From: a virus
Taxonomy: Duplodnaviria; Caudoviricetes
IMG/VR virus record: IMGVR_UViG_3300032254_000001
Span: 128,001 to 192,000 of that record
Direction: 5' to 3' (one strand)
Length of the DNA: 64,000 nt
Each line of letters opens with the position of its first letter. Within the stretch, counting starts at the first letter, position 1. The translations under genes and the position numbers were made by a program. Below are positions 46,115 through 56,102 of this stretch, one piece after another. The notes under the pieces are model-generated. The model was not told where the DNA came from, searched no databases, and saw nothing but the letters and a program-made list of their open reading frames with translations.

Positions 46115-48022
46115 TTACGAAATATTGCCCGGTTCTACAGTAGATGGCTGGTCATTTATCAGGTTATCTGAGGATACATTAGCTTCATTCAGCTTATCCA
46201 AATTCCTGCCCTCACGCATTGCCCCAATTATGGCATCGCCGCCCTGGGTGTCTGTAGCTAGTATTTCGAGTATTTCAGCAACATCGCCCTTGCTTGTCTT
46301 CTTACCGTGTTGATGTAAGTTTTCAGCAAAGGCTAGAGTGGTCTTTTTGTTTGCTGGTATTCCGTTGCGTAGCGGATCGGCTGTTTCAAAGCCTGGTAGG
46401 TAAGTAACTTCGAATCTAACTTCCGATTCCCAAAGTTGCTCAAGTTCTGTTTTAATGCTCGTTATTGATCCAATGTATGCTGCGGTTGCATCAGCATGAT
46501 CAGTTAGGTTCGCATCAGTTAAAACAGTAATACCGTCTGGTAGTACCGTGTCTATCAAATCTACTAACGCTGCTGTCTTGTCAGCATGTATTCCGTTGCC
46601 CGGAATACTTGGATCAACTGCATGTGGGTTAGGTATTTCAACATGATATGTTTGTGGGTCTGGCGGTGTTGGTGGTGGATCAGCAACTGTGTACACACCG
46701 GCGACAACGTCTCGTATAACTTCCAGCGTGTAATGAATCCAATCTAGTTCACCGGTTGTTTCCCAAGTACTAATCACTGAGTTCAGTGTTGCCTGGTTTG
46801 CAACATGTGGTACGCCTGCTGGAGTACCTACTAGGTCGGTAAGATAAAACGTTCCGTCTGGTCCTGTGCCACCGCCCATCTCTGCTAAGAAGAATGCAGA
46901 TGTTGATGCTGGTAGTGCTTCTGTTAATGCGCTGGTATTAGTCAGTCCGCTATTACTTTCAATCGCTGTTGCTGCTTCGCCAAGTTGCTGAGGTGAAGAG
47001 TTTATAATACCTTTTATCTGTCCTAACGAAATTGCAAATGCAATATTGGCTCTTGTTTGATCAGGTGGCATAACTGCCGGTGCTGCAAGATCATATGCTG
47101 CAACATACGGTGCGATGTCAGTAGCATTAATGTAAATGTTCTCAAGTGTTCCATTGTTTGGAGCAGTAAGAGTGGTATAGGTAGTAGGGAATATTTTAGT
47201 TAAGTCTAATAAGTCCGATAATGCAGTGATACCTGTTGTTGTGAACTGCATTACTGATAGAATTTGTTCTAGCTTGGCACCTGTCACTGTTACGAATGCA
47301 TCATAGCAACGTTTCTGCGCTGCTGGTTTTAATATTGATTCAGGGTTATCATTAATTGCAGCTTGTAAGTCAAACATGTCAACACCTTGTGCTTCAAGTT
47401 CATCTGCAATTGTCGCTATCATGTTTATACTCATCAACGACTCTAGCAATGCTTGTGGTGTGCCAATGTTATCTACTTTCGTAAAACTAAACAAGAAGCC
47501 AGTGTTAACCAACTCAGTCGCAAAGGCATGTACATCTGTGCTAAGTGCTGTGATGTTACCCGACATTAATGCATCGCCTGATGTAAAGGTTTGCTCAGTT
47601 AATGCAGCACCGTTGACGGCACTGTTAACATATGTGTTTGCTACATCCATGTGACCCATTGCAATTTGCAGGTAAGTTATATATTGTCCTACACTAGGAA
47701 ACATATTATCTATGTGCGTATTAAGAAAGGTATCATAGTAATGTGTATCAATGCCTTGCGCCAATGGGTTTACATTAGTCAAGTAAGGTGCGGTAGTATC
47801 AAGTGCGTATATAAACGAATCGATAAGCGCCTGTGAGATACCATCTGGATTAGTTGTTACATCGTAAAGGTCAGACTCAAGCACTGCAACGGTATTAAGA
47901 TAATCAAGTACAATAGCTTGATTAGCATATGTACTAACGTCTAAATCAGTGTTAAGTTCAATGGCTGTTTCGTTTAAAAGGCCTTCGCCTGCCATCATTA
48001 TTAATGGAGTAAGTGAACCCAT
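46115..48022 (-). CDS. putative baseplate/tail structural protein
   Basis: 635 aa, Ala/Thr-rich, directly downstream of the PAAR gene. Confidence 0.45.
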   Translation of the reverse strand: MGSLTPLIMMAGEGLLNETAIELNTDLDVSTYANQAIVLDYLNTVAVLESDLYDVTTNPDGISQALIDSFIYALDTTAPYLTNVNPLAQGIDTHYYDTFLNTHIDNMFPSVGQYITYLQIAMGHMDVANTYVNSAVNGAALTEQTFTSGDALMSGNITALSTDVHAFATELVNTGFLFSFTKVDNIGTPQALLESLMSINMIATIADELEAQGVDMFDLQAAINDNPESILKPAAQKRCYDAFVTVTGAKLEQILSVMQFTTTGITALSDLLDLTKIFPTTYTTLTAPNNGTLENIYINATDIAPYVAAYDLAAPAVMPPDQTRANIAFAISLGQIKGIINSSPQQLGEAATAIESNSGLTNTSALTEALPASTSAFFLAEMGGGTGPDGTFYLTDLVGTPAGVPHVANQATLNSVISTWETTGELDWIHYTLEVIRDVVAGVYTVADPPPTPPDPQTYHVEIPNPHAVDPSIPGNGIHADKTAALVDLIDTVLPDGITVLTDANLTDHADATAAYIGSITSIKTELEQLWESEVRFEVTYLPGFETADPLRNGIPANKKTTLAFAENLHQHGKKTSKGDVAEILEILATDTQGGDAIIGAMREGRNLDKLNEANVSSDNLINDQPSTVEPGNIS

Positions 48023-48023
48023 G

Positions 48024-48311
48024 TTATGCGCCTACAAATACAGTAGCGGCAAATGTTCTGCGATTGTGTCCGCATGAATCAATTGTACCGTTATGTAGTA
48101 CAGGCCTTCCCTCACACAAAACAGTTGAGCTACCGCCTACTGTTTTTGCTGAACAATGCGAACTACACCCCGGAGCACCGCAACATGGATGTGGCGTCAC
48201 AGGTTCGCCGGGCAGCATCACTGGTGCGCCTTCGGCAAAAACAGTACCGGCGCCACCAAGTGCGACACCGCCTGCTACATTAATATCTCCTTTCCTTACT
48301 ACGTTTGGCAT
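48024..48311 (-). CDS. PAAR-like spike-tip protein (T4 gp5.4-like)
   Basis: RKGD...TVFAEG.P...HC...GSSTVLCEGRP...DSCGH. Confidence 0.85.
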   Translation of the reverse strand: MPNVVRKGDINVAGGVALGGAGTVFAEGAPVMLPGEPVTPHPCCGAPGCSSHCSAKTVGGSSTVLCEGRPVLHNGTIDSCGHNRRTFAATVFVGA

Positions 48312-48318
48312 GTAGTAT

Positions 48319-48639
48319 TTATCCAGTAATTATTTGCTTCGGACCAGGTGTGATAATACCTGACTTTTCTTCCTGTGGCTTAACTGATTCGATATATGCT
48401 TCTTTAACATCTTCGCGGCAAGGTAATGCTAGTGCTACACCAATATAGTGTAATAAGCCCTTTGTGCCAAATTCTGCTGTGAACATAACTGGCAGGAATT
48501 CCATACCATTTTGACCTTGGCCAATTGTTAGCGGTGCGTCTAAGTGATAACCTTCTTCGGCAATCTCTAATACTTTAGCTACTACTTCCTGACCACATGT
48601 TAGTTTAAATGAATAAATCTCGTCTGCTTTAATTTCCAT
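48319..48639 (-). CDS. hypothetical protein (Sm-like pattern)
   Basis: FKLTCGQEVVAKV N-terminus and C-terminal SGIITP. Confidence 0.5.
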   Translation of the reverse strand: MEIKADEIYSFKLTCGQEVVAKVLEIAEEGYHLDAPLTIGQGQNGMEFLPVMFTAEFGTKGLLHYIGVALALPCREDVKEAYIESVKPQEEKSGIITPGPKQIITG

Positions 48640-48889
48640 TAATTTCTCTAATTCTCAATGCTATTTGCTTTGTAGTCATTTTGTTAAGACCATCAAAGCC
48701 ACCTTCTACTAGAAGGGTTTCGGATACGTATAATTGTGGAACTGTTTTATGTCCGTTGCCTTTTAAAAAGCCTCGTGCATCGTCGTCTAAATCAATACGT
48801 ACTTCTTCGTACTGGTAACCGTGCTGCGATAATAGTGCTTTCGCTTTATCGCAATACGGACAACCTTCTTTACTAAAAACTCTAATCAT
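48629..48889 (-). CDS. glutaredoxin
   Basis: CPYC, TVPQL and GGFD. Confidence 0.92.
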   Translation of the reverse strand: MIRVFSKEGCPYCDKAKALLSQHGYQYEEVRIDLDDDARGFLKGNGHKTVPQLYVSETLLVEGGFDGLNKMTTKQIALRIREINGN

Positions 48890-48905
48890 TTATGTTTCCT
48901 TCGTG

Positions 48906-49124
48906 TTAAAAACTAGCGGCATCGGAATGCCAAAATAACTCTGCTAGTGCTGCTCTAAGCTTATCGTCGTCGACGTCCCAGTCTTTTTGCCATACTGCAA
49001 AGATACCCATATCACCCTCAGGGCGTTCTACTTGGTACTTGTCCTTTAAGAGCTGCATGATTTCATCATACGCTGCCTGTGATCTAATTACTGCAAATTC
49101 TTTACTTGGTCCCATTGCTGGCAT
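48906..49124 (-). CDS. small hypothetical protein
   Basis: 72 aa; AGGAG SD and TAAATA upstream. Confidence 0.45.
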   Translation of the reverse strand: MPAMGPSKEFAVIRSQAAYDEIMQLLKDKYQVERPEGDMGIFAVWQKDWDVDDDKLRAALAELFWHSDAASF

Positions 49125-49153
49125 GTTGAGCTCCTGTTTTCATATTTATATAC

Positions 49154-50272
49154 CTACAGATCAAAGCCTTTAAATGTATCTCCGTCTACGTCTTGCTTGG
49201 TGCCGCCTACGATGTAACTCGAAAGCTGTACTTCCTGTGGTGCTACTTGTACGTCACCACCTGCAATCCATTTCTGGGTCCACGGTAATGGATTTGATCC
49301 ACCTTGGTATGGACTATCGATGCCCAGTGTTTGCATACGCTTATGGGCAATCCACTGTACGTAGTCTGTTAATAGGGCTTTGTTTAAACCAATCATCGAA
49401 CCATCTTTAAACAGGTACTCTGCCCATTCAATTTCTTGCTGAACAGCATCAGTAAACATTTTCTGTACTTCGTCTGCACATTCTTCTTTAATCTTAATAA
49501 AGTCCGGATCATCCTTAGGTAACAGCTTAAGCATTGTTTGAGTAAAGCCTAGGTGTAGGTTCTCGTCGCGGCAAATTAATTTGATTTCTTTTGCGTTGCC
49601 TTCCATTTGTTTTAATTCTGCGAATGCCCAGCTACATGCAAACGATACATAAAAGCGTATGCCTTCTAGTACGTTAACGCTGTTCATTACTAACCAGATC
49701 TTTTTCTTAATGTCGTATTCATCGACAACTACTTTCTTACCGTTGACTGTATGTGTGCCGAGTCCAAGCATTTGGTACGCTATCGCTACATCGTGTAACT
49801 CATCGTAGTACTTTGTAATTGCATCACTACAATCAACAATCTCTTTAATAGTAAGCAACTCGTCAAACACAATAGATGGATCTGAGTACACGTTACGAAT
49901 AACATGCGTGTATGCTCTGCTATGCAAGGATTCGTTTTCAGTCCACTTAGTCATCCAGTTTTCAAGTTCTGGTATACTAACAAGTGGTAACAATGTTAGT
50001 GAAGGCGAACGGCCTTGTACACTATCTAATAGGATTTGACGTTTAAGGTTTGATGTAAAGATGTGCTGTTCGCTAGCTGTAAGATTCTTAAAATCATTAC
50101 TATCTTTGCTTAAGTCAACTTCAGTCGGTTGCCAAAAGAAACCAAGCTGACGTTCGGTCATCTTATCAATTGCTTTGTACTTCAAGTCATCATAACGTTG
50201 TATGTCCACTTGACCGTCTAAGAACATTTTACGATCTGTTGCTGCTTTTTTGTTTACTTTAAATACGCTCAT
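49154..50272 (-). CDS. nrdB: ribonucleotide reductase class Ia beta subunit
   Basis: FFWQPTEV, LLDSVQGR, ESLHSRAY, LEGIRFYVSF, RDENLH and VAPQE. Confidence 0.97.
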   Translation of the reverse strand: MSVFKVNKKAATDRKMFLDGQVDIQRYDDLKYKAIDKMTERQLGFFWQPTEVDLSKDSNDFKNLTASEQHIFTSNLKRQILLDSVQGRSPSLTLLPLVSIPELENWMTKWTENESLHSRAYTHVIRNVYSDPSIVFDELLTIKEIVDCSDAITKYYDELHDVAIAYQMLGLGTHTVNGKKVVVDEYDIKKKIWLVMNSVNVLEGIRFYVSFACSWAFAELKQMEGNAKEIKLICRDENLHLGFTQTMLKLLPKDDPDFIKIKEECADEVQKMFTDAVQQEIEWAEYLFKDGSMIGLNKALLTDYVQWIAHKRMQTLGIDSPYQGGSNPLPWTQKWIAGGDVQVAPQEVQLSSYIVGGTKQDVDGDTFKGFDL

Positions 50273-50284
50273 CTTTCTGCCTTA

Positions 50285-52549
50285 TTATATTGAACATGTG
50301 TCGCAGACTTCATCTAAGTCTGTTGTGTCTACTTCGCCCTGGCCATCAAAGGTTTGACAATAATAGAGCGTCTTCAGACCAAACTTGTATGCCAGCAACA
50401 TATCTTGTAACAATGTACTCATCGGAATCTGCTCGTCTTCAAAATGCTGCGGATTGTAAGAAGTATTAGCACTAATAGTTTGGTCAATGTACTTCTGCAA
50501 TACAGCCATTATCTGTAAGTATCCTTGTGGAGACTTTTGATCCCACAGCAATTCATACTTGTTCTTCAGTCGTCTGTACTCTGGAACTACCTGTGTAAGT
50601 ACGCCGTCCTTGCTTTGCTTAATTGAAACATAACTGCGCGGTGGTTCAATACCGTTTGTTGCATTTGCAATCTGTGCTGATGTCTCTGCAGGCATAAGCG
50701 CCATTACAGTACTGTTTCGTATGCCAGTTTTCTTTAACTGTTTACGTAAGCCTTTCCAGTCAACTTTGTTTTTGTGCTTAACAAGTTCGTCTACTTCTTT
50801 CTTGTAAGTGTCAACTGGTAGTATACCTTCGCTGTACTTTGTTTCATCGTTACCTGGGCAAGCACCAAAATCTTGTGCTAAGTCTGCGCTAGCTTTGATT
50901 AAGTAGTACGACCAATGTTGCGCCCATGTATCAACTAATTCTAATGCACTGCCATCGCTGTACTTCACATCGTGTTTAGCTAGGAAGTAAGCAAAGTTAA
51001 TAATACCTACGCCTAGTGGCCTACGTTTTTCTGTTCCCATTTGCGCTGCAATAACAGGATAGTTCTGATAGCTTAGTAAAGCATCGAGTCCACGTACTGC
51101 TAAGGTACATGCCTTTTCCATATCTTCTGGCTTCTTAAATGCACCCCAGTTCATTGCGCTTAAAGTACATAATGATATTTCGCCCTCTGGGTCTGCAATA
51201 TGTTCCAGTGGAGTCGTTGGCAATGTAATCTCTAAACATAAGTTAGACATTGTAATTGGTGCAACATCTGGCTTGAACGAACTGTGTGTATTGCAGTGGT
51301 CTACGTTCATTAAATAAATGCGGCCTGTGTCCTTACGCTCTTGCATGAACTGTTTAAATAGTTCTGCTGCCGGAATAGTCTTTTTGCGAACCTTTGTGCT
51401 ACGTTCTGCTTTTTCATACAGTTCGCGGAACTTGTCTTGGTCGCTATAGAATGCATCGTACAGACCAGGAACATCGTTAGGACTAAACAGTGTAATGTCT
51501 TCGCCTTTAATTAAACGCTCGTACATTAGCTTATTAAACTGTACGGCATAATCCATATCACGTACACGGTTCTCGTCGATGCCTTTGTTGTTTTTAAGAA
51601 CAAGTAAGTCTTCAACTTCCAAGTGCCATAATGGATAATACACTGTAGCAGAACCTTTACGTATGCCACCTTGGCTGCAACTGTTTACCGCACTTTCGAA
51701 ATACTTTAGGAACGGAACCATCCCAGTGTGGTAAGCATCCCCTCCACGTATAGGAGAACCTAGTGCGCGAATCTTGCCTACGTTAATACCAATGCCTGCA
51801 CGTTGTGACACGTACTTAACAATCGACGATGCTGTTGCATTAATGCTGTCTAAGCTATCTGCTGAGTCAATTAATACACAAGAGCTGAACTGTCGTTGCG
51901 TAGTACGCACACCAGCCATGATAGGTGTTGGCAAACTGAATTGGTGTGTACTGATTGCGTCGTAATATTCTTTAGCCCAATGCAAGCGAACTTCTTTCGG
52001 ATAGTGTGCAAACAATGAAACAGCGATCAAAGCATAAGCGATCTGCGGTGTTTCGTATATTTGTTTTGTTACCCTGTTCTGTACTAGGTACTTGCCACGC
52101 ATCTGTTCCATAGCTGCATATGTAAGGGATTCATCACGATCGTGCTTAATAAAGTTATTAATGGTATCCCATTCGTCATCATCGTAATTTGTACCTAAAT
52201 CAGCATCATACAGACCAAGCTCAATGTTTTGATCTACTAGCTGTTTAACGTGCCATGGCTTAAATGATCCATATACTCCCTTGCGGAGATGATAAGCAAT
52301 TAGTCTGCCAGCAACATGTTGATAGTTTGGAGTCTCTTCACTAATCAAATCAGCTGCTGACTTAATTAATGTTTCCTGTATCTCTGATGTTTTTATTTTG
52401 TTGTAAAATTGAATGTGACTTCGTATTTCTACTTCACTTGCTGATGTACCTGTTGTTGCTTCCGTTGCCCAAAGTGTTACTTTGTGTAGCTTCTCAATGT
52501 CGAGCGGCTCGACTTGACCATTGCGTTTGGTCACTAATATTTCAGACAT
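50285..52549 (-). CDS. nrdA: ribonucleotide reductase class Ia alpha subunit with ATP cone
   Basis: VTKRNG, PTPIMAG, SSCVLI, SNLCLEI, CTLSA, MPAETSA, TLYY and C-terminal CDTC. Start re-called to MSEIL. Confidence 0.97.
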   Translation of the reverse strand: MSEILVTKRNGQVEPLDIEKLHKVTLWATEATTGTSASEVEIRSHIQFYNKIKTSEIQETLIKSAADLISEETPNYQHVAGRLIAYHLRKGVYGSFKPWHVKQLVDQNIELGLYDADLGTNYDDDEWDTINNFIKHDRDESLTYAAMEQMRGKYLVQNRVTKQIYETPQIAYALIAVSLFAHYPKEVRLHWAKEYYDAISTHQFSLPTPIMAGVRTTQRQFSSCVLIDSADSLDSINATASSIVKYVSQRAGIGINVGKIRALGSPIRGGDAYHTGMVPFLKYFESAVNSCSQGGIRKGSATVYYPLWHLEVEDLLVLKNNKGIDENRVRDMDYAVQFNKLMYERLIKGEDITLFSPNDVPGLYDAFYSDQDKFRELYEKAERSTKVRKKTIPAAELFKQFMQERKDTGRIYLMNVDHCNTHSSFKPDVAPITMSNLCLEITLPTTPLEHIADPEGEISLCTLSAMNWGAFKKPEDMEKACTLAVRGLDALLSYQNYPVIAAQMGTEKRRPLGVGIINFAYFLAKHDVKYSDGSALELVDTWAQHWSYYLIKASADLAQDFGACPGNDETKYSEGILPVDTYKKEVDELVKHKNKVDWKGLRKQLKKTGIRNSTVMALMPAETSAQIANATNGIEPPRSYVSIKQSKDGVLTQVVPEYRRLKNKYELLWDQKSPQGYLQIMAVLQKYIDQTISANTSYNPQHFEDEQIPMSTLLQDMLLAYKFGLKTLYYCQTFDGQGEVDTTDLDEVCDTCSI

Positions 52550-53000
52550 TTTTATCCTTCTTCTTTTTCTTATTCCACCTAGCCTTTTGCGATGCTGCAA
52601 TTGCGGCCTTGTGTTCTTGAGACATTGCTCCTATTTTCCGACCTTTTGTTGCCGCGGAAAGTTTTGCTTTATGCTCTGGAGTAAAAGGCTTTCGCTTAAC
52701 TCCAACTCTACTGTTTGCTATTTTCTTTTTAGTTTCTTCTGAATGTGTATATCCAAAAACTCTACCACCAACTCTAATAAAATTGCCGGTGGTTGCGTCA
52801 CCACGCAACCGATGTATAGAAACATGGTCATCTGGGTGAAGTGCAATTAAATTTCGCGGATGATGTGCGCGTGGGTCGTCTTTAAAAAGACTTTTTGGTT
52901 TTATGTGGTGTACATGAAACCCCTTAGGAATATTCCAATCCGGATAAAATTGGCGCCAGTATTGAATAAGATTTTTACGATAATTAGTCGGATGATACAT
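52542..53000 (-). mobile_element. free-standing HNH homing endonuclease with NUMOD3-like repeats
   Basis: FHVHHIKP...NLIALHPDDHVSIH; HSEETKKKI and FTPEHKAKLS repeats. Confidence 0.8.
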
Positions 53001-53013
53001 ACCGATATTTATA

Positions 53014-53445
53014 TTATCTCAATAATGGTTTTAAATTCTCACAATCAAACGTAAATTTAACACGAAGATCAGACTGATCTGCGGTGATTGATCCCGGCTC
53101 ATCATTTAATGTGTACTGACCTTTATTAACTTGCACCAGCGTGTAGTTGTCGGTCTGTACCATATGCAGAGAGTTTATATCTTCGTGCTGTACTAGTAGG
53201 ATAGTATAACATAAGCCAAGACATTTAGCAACATCACAATAGGCGGGCTGAGCCAGAAGATCCCACGGAAGTGGCCAATTGTCAGGGTCAGTAAAATGAA
53301 TTGTGTTATTCACGATTGGTGCTGTATCCCACCAATCGTGTATCAAAGTTAGGGCTTCGTCAAGTGGTAGTTCAGAAGCTTGGGTTCTTAAGTCGGACCA
53401 TTCTCTAAGAAGGTTAGTATAATCGGTAGTCCACATATTATACAA
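53014..53445 (-). CDS. hypothetical phage protein
   Basis: 143 aa; WPLPWDLL...YCDVAKCLG. Confidence 0.55.
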   Translation of the reverse strand: MYNMWTTDYTNLLREWSDLRTQASELPLDEALTLIHDWWDTAPIVNNTIHFTDPDNWPLPWDLLAQPAYCDVAKCLGLCYTILLVQHEDINSLHMVQTDNYTLVQVNKGQYTLNDEPGSITADQSDLRVKFTFDCENLKPLLR

Positions 53446-55303
53446 ACTTCTCTATAGAGTAGTTAAGAATTGCGGTTTCCCCTGCGGTTGTTGTAAATTG
53501 GAATTCAGACGAAGTATCAGCACCCGGGCTAGTTACACTAAGAACTACACCAGTGTCACCAGACTCTGTGTATTCATCATTGTATAGCACTGCTGAACCG
53601 TCATTAGAAACACATATAGTTCCCATTCTAGTTTCAAAGTTAAGACCTACGCTACGCTTAATATTGTAGTCTACTTTATACGAGTTCACATCAGTGTCAT
53701 TCATTACAAAGATTGATTTAGGTACAGTTATGTTGTCAGGTACTTCACATTCAATACCAATTTGTCTTTCATATGAACCTAAGTGAATTGAGTGTGTACC
53801 ATCAATTGCAATACCACCATTGCCTGCAAGGGAGATACGAGAGAATGTACTTTCGTCCTCACGAGAGAATAAATCACCAACACTAGTGCATTGGTCTGTG
53901 TCGAATCTAATAACTGGGGATACTGCGACAGCTCCAAGATTGTTACCAACATTATAAAATACGTTATAGCCTGAGCTGTTAAACAATGTATTATGGAAAT
54001 GTATTCCTTCAAATGCAATGTTATCAAATATGTTACGTGATACAACTACACCAGTTGGACCTGGATCATCCATTGATACAACTGTACCTGTACCAGTTAA
54101 CGGACCACTTGCTGTAAATGTTTCGCCGCGACGGTTAAATGTTGCTGCTGGAGTGAAATCTGTTGTTCCAATTTCGATAATTTTATATCTGCCGTTTAAT
54201 TCTAATGCTGTTGCTTGGATAAGATCATTGTGTATATGTACGCCCTGGTAGTGGAAATCTAATCCACTGTTCTCTAATACAACGCCTCGTGCTTCGCCAG
54301 CTACTCTAAGGCCGTATGTTGTGCCATGTGTATCAAGTTTAGTCATTGTAACATCATTAGTTGGTGCTACACTGCTGGCTATTTCAACTGCTGATGTTCT
54401 GTAACCAAGTGATGTTGCATCTGTGTTAGGACCATGCAAGCCTAAGTAATTAAAGCCACTATTTGTAACACTGTCTAATTTTAAAAGTGTGTTCTCTTCT
54501 GTTGAGTAAATTGCCATAGAAGTTAACTCAATACCAGTCGGTGCTTCTGCGCCATTGTTGCCAATGTTTGCACCTGTTTGTTGTAAGCTGTCTGATGTTT
54601 CAACTACTTGTTCTGTTACGCCACGTACTAGACCTGCGCCTACACCTGCTGCGGTTGCAGTAAACACGATATCAACTGTGTTAGATGCTGCGCCAATTGA
54701 TGTGAAGTCCGAACCGTTAATAGCTGATATTGCATAACGTGTACCTGGTACAATATCTGTAATAAGAACATCGTCTGCGCTAACAAACTTAATAATAGAA
54801 CTTGTTAAGCCTTCGCCCCATAGTCTAGCATGTGGAGGTACTTTGATTGTTTCAGATACTTTGTAAGTTCCTGCTGGGAAGAATAAACTACGTCTAACTT
54901 CAACGTTTGATTCACGACAAAATAATTCGTACAATGCTCTGTTAATTGCATCTGTGTCGTCTGTTTCACCGTCGCCAACTGCGCCGAAATCTTTAACACT
55001 AGCTATGTCATCAAACTTACCTTGCAAGCTTCGAACAATTGCTTCTTCGTTTTCACCAGTGCCAACAACATATCCTGCTGCCTCACCTTTGTATGTGTAC
55101 GTAGACGACAATGCTAAAATATCACTGAATTCTGTTAATATTTCTGTGTTGCCAATTACTGGTGCGCCGTCTACTAGTGTACCATTACCGATAAACAATC
55201 TACGTTCATCAAGTACCCAACCAAACTCTGCTCCAGCTAATTGTGGAAGGTTTTCACTTAAACCTTTTCTGTGAGTTATTCTAGACAATTGCAGGATCGC
55301 GAT
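53438..55303 (-). CDS. tail spike/fibre with pectate-lyase-like beta-helix; probable non-canonical ATC start
   Basis: RITHRKG...LPQL..AEFGW..D.RRLFIGNG N-terminal module, SVKDFGAVGDGETDDTDAI and FFPAGTY. AAGGAG SD lies 8 nt before an in-frame ATC at 55303. Confidence 0.7.
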   Translation of the reverse strand: MAILQLSRITHRKGLSENLPQLAGAEFGWVLDERRLFIGNGTLVDGAPVIGNTEILTEFSDILALSSTYTYKGEAAGYVVGTGENEEAIVRSLQGKFDDIASVKDFGAVGDGETDDTDAINRALYELFCRESNVEVRRSLFFPAGTYKVSETIKVPPHARLWGEGLTSSIIKFVSADDVLITDIVPGTRYAISAINGSDFTSIGAASNTVDIVFTATAAGVGAGLVRGVTEQVVETSDSLQQTGANIGNNGAEAPTGIELTSMAIYSTEENTLLKLDSVTNSGFNYLGLHGPNTDATSLGYRTSAVEIASSVAPTNDVTMTKLDTHGTTYGLRVAGEARGVVLENSGLDFHYQGVHIHNDLIQATALELNGRYKIIEIGTTDFTPAATFNRRGETFTASGPLTGTGTVVSMDDPGPTGVVVSRNIFDNIAFEGIHFHNTLFNSSGYNVFYNVGNNLGAVAVSPVIRFDTDQCTSVGDLFSREDESTFSRISLAGNGGIAIDGTHSIHLGSYERQIGIECEVPDNITVPKSIFVMNDTDVNSYKVDYNIKRSVGLNFETRMGTICVSNDGSAVLYNDEYTESGDTGVVLSVTSPGADTSSEFQFTTTAGETAILNYSIEKFV

Positions 55304-55308
55304 ATGCC

Positions 55309-56085
55309 TTACTCCTTTTCAAACCAAACCCGCGTACCGTCTACGAGTTTCCATGTTTTGCCTTTGCAAGCTACATTCTTATGCCCAATTTTTCTTTTAT
55401 CTGTGTACGGGGGCAACTGTGGATCTCCATCTTTGCGGAATCTCCATCCTTTCGGCGATTTGCCATAATTTTTAGATTCAGGGTTTGCTACACTTGATGC
55501 ATACCCATCATCAACATTGTTATTTATGCACCATTCTTTTAAGTTAAGTACATAAAATTCGTTAATTGAATTATCTTTTTTGCTAACCCACCAACCCTTA
55601 CATCTCTTAAGTGATTGGCGTTTGTGCATTGCTGTTTGTTCTTCTCTACTTAGCGACTTAAACCACTTAGTGGCTCCGGCAAAACTATCTGATTGGTTCC
55701 CACGCTTTTTGTATATCTTATTTATTTCTTCTTGAGTCTTAAAATTACTCCAGTGGAAATTCTTATATCTTTGCTTAATACGCTCATATGTATGTGATGA
55801 AAATTTATTTTTACCATTAAACATTCTAACAAGTGCATAAAACATCTTAGACCTATTTTCGCTAACCGTTGCTTTTTCTAACAATAAATGACATACAAAA
55901 TGCTCGCGATATGTTAGATGCACACCGTTCCAATTGTATTCTTTAAGATTTGCGTACTCGGGAAATATAGATTCAGGTAGAATGTGATGATGCTCTGTCT
56001 TACCTTTAATTTGTTTGTCGCTGGCCTTCAGAATAATACCTAAATACCAACGATAATACTTATTGTCTATAAATTCATTGATCAT
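55309..56085 (-). mobile_element. free-standing HNH homing endonuclease (Mob-like)
   Basis: KYYRWY...TEHHHILP...LTYREHFVCHLLL. Confidence 0.8.
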
Positions 56086-56102
56086 ATTACTATTTATGGC
56101 TT

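Noticed and set aside
49154-52549. Group I intron or intein inside nrdA or nrdB
   Set aside because: Both ORFs are continuous and of normal length; the HNH gene is upstream rather than internal.
10616-55303. Diversity-generating retroelement acting on tail fibres
   Set aside because: No reverse transcriptase and no TR/VR near-duplicate were seen in this window.
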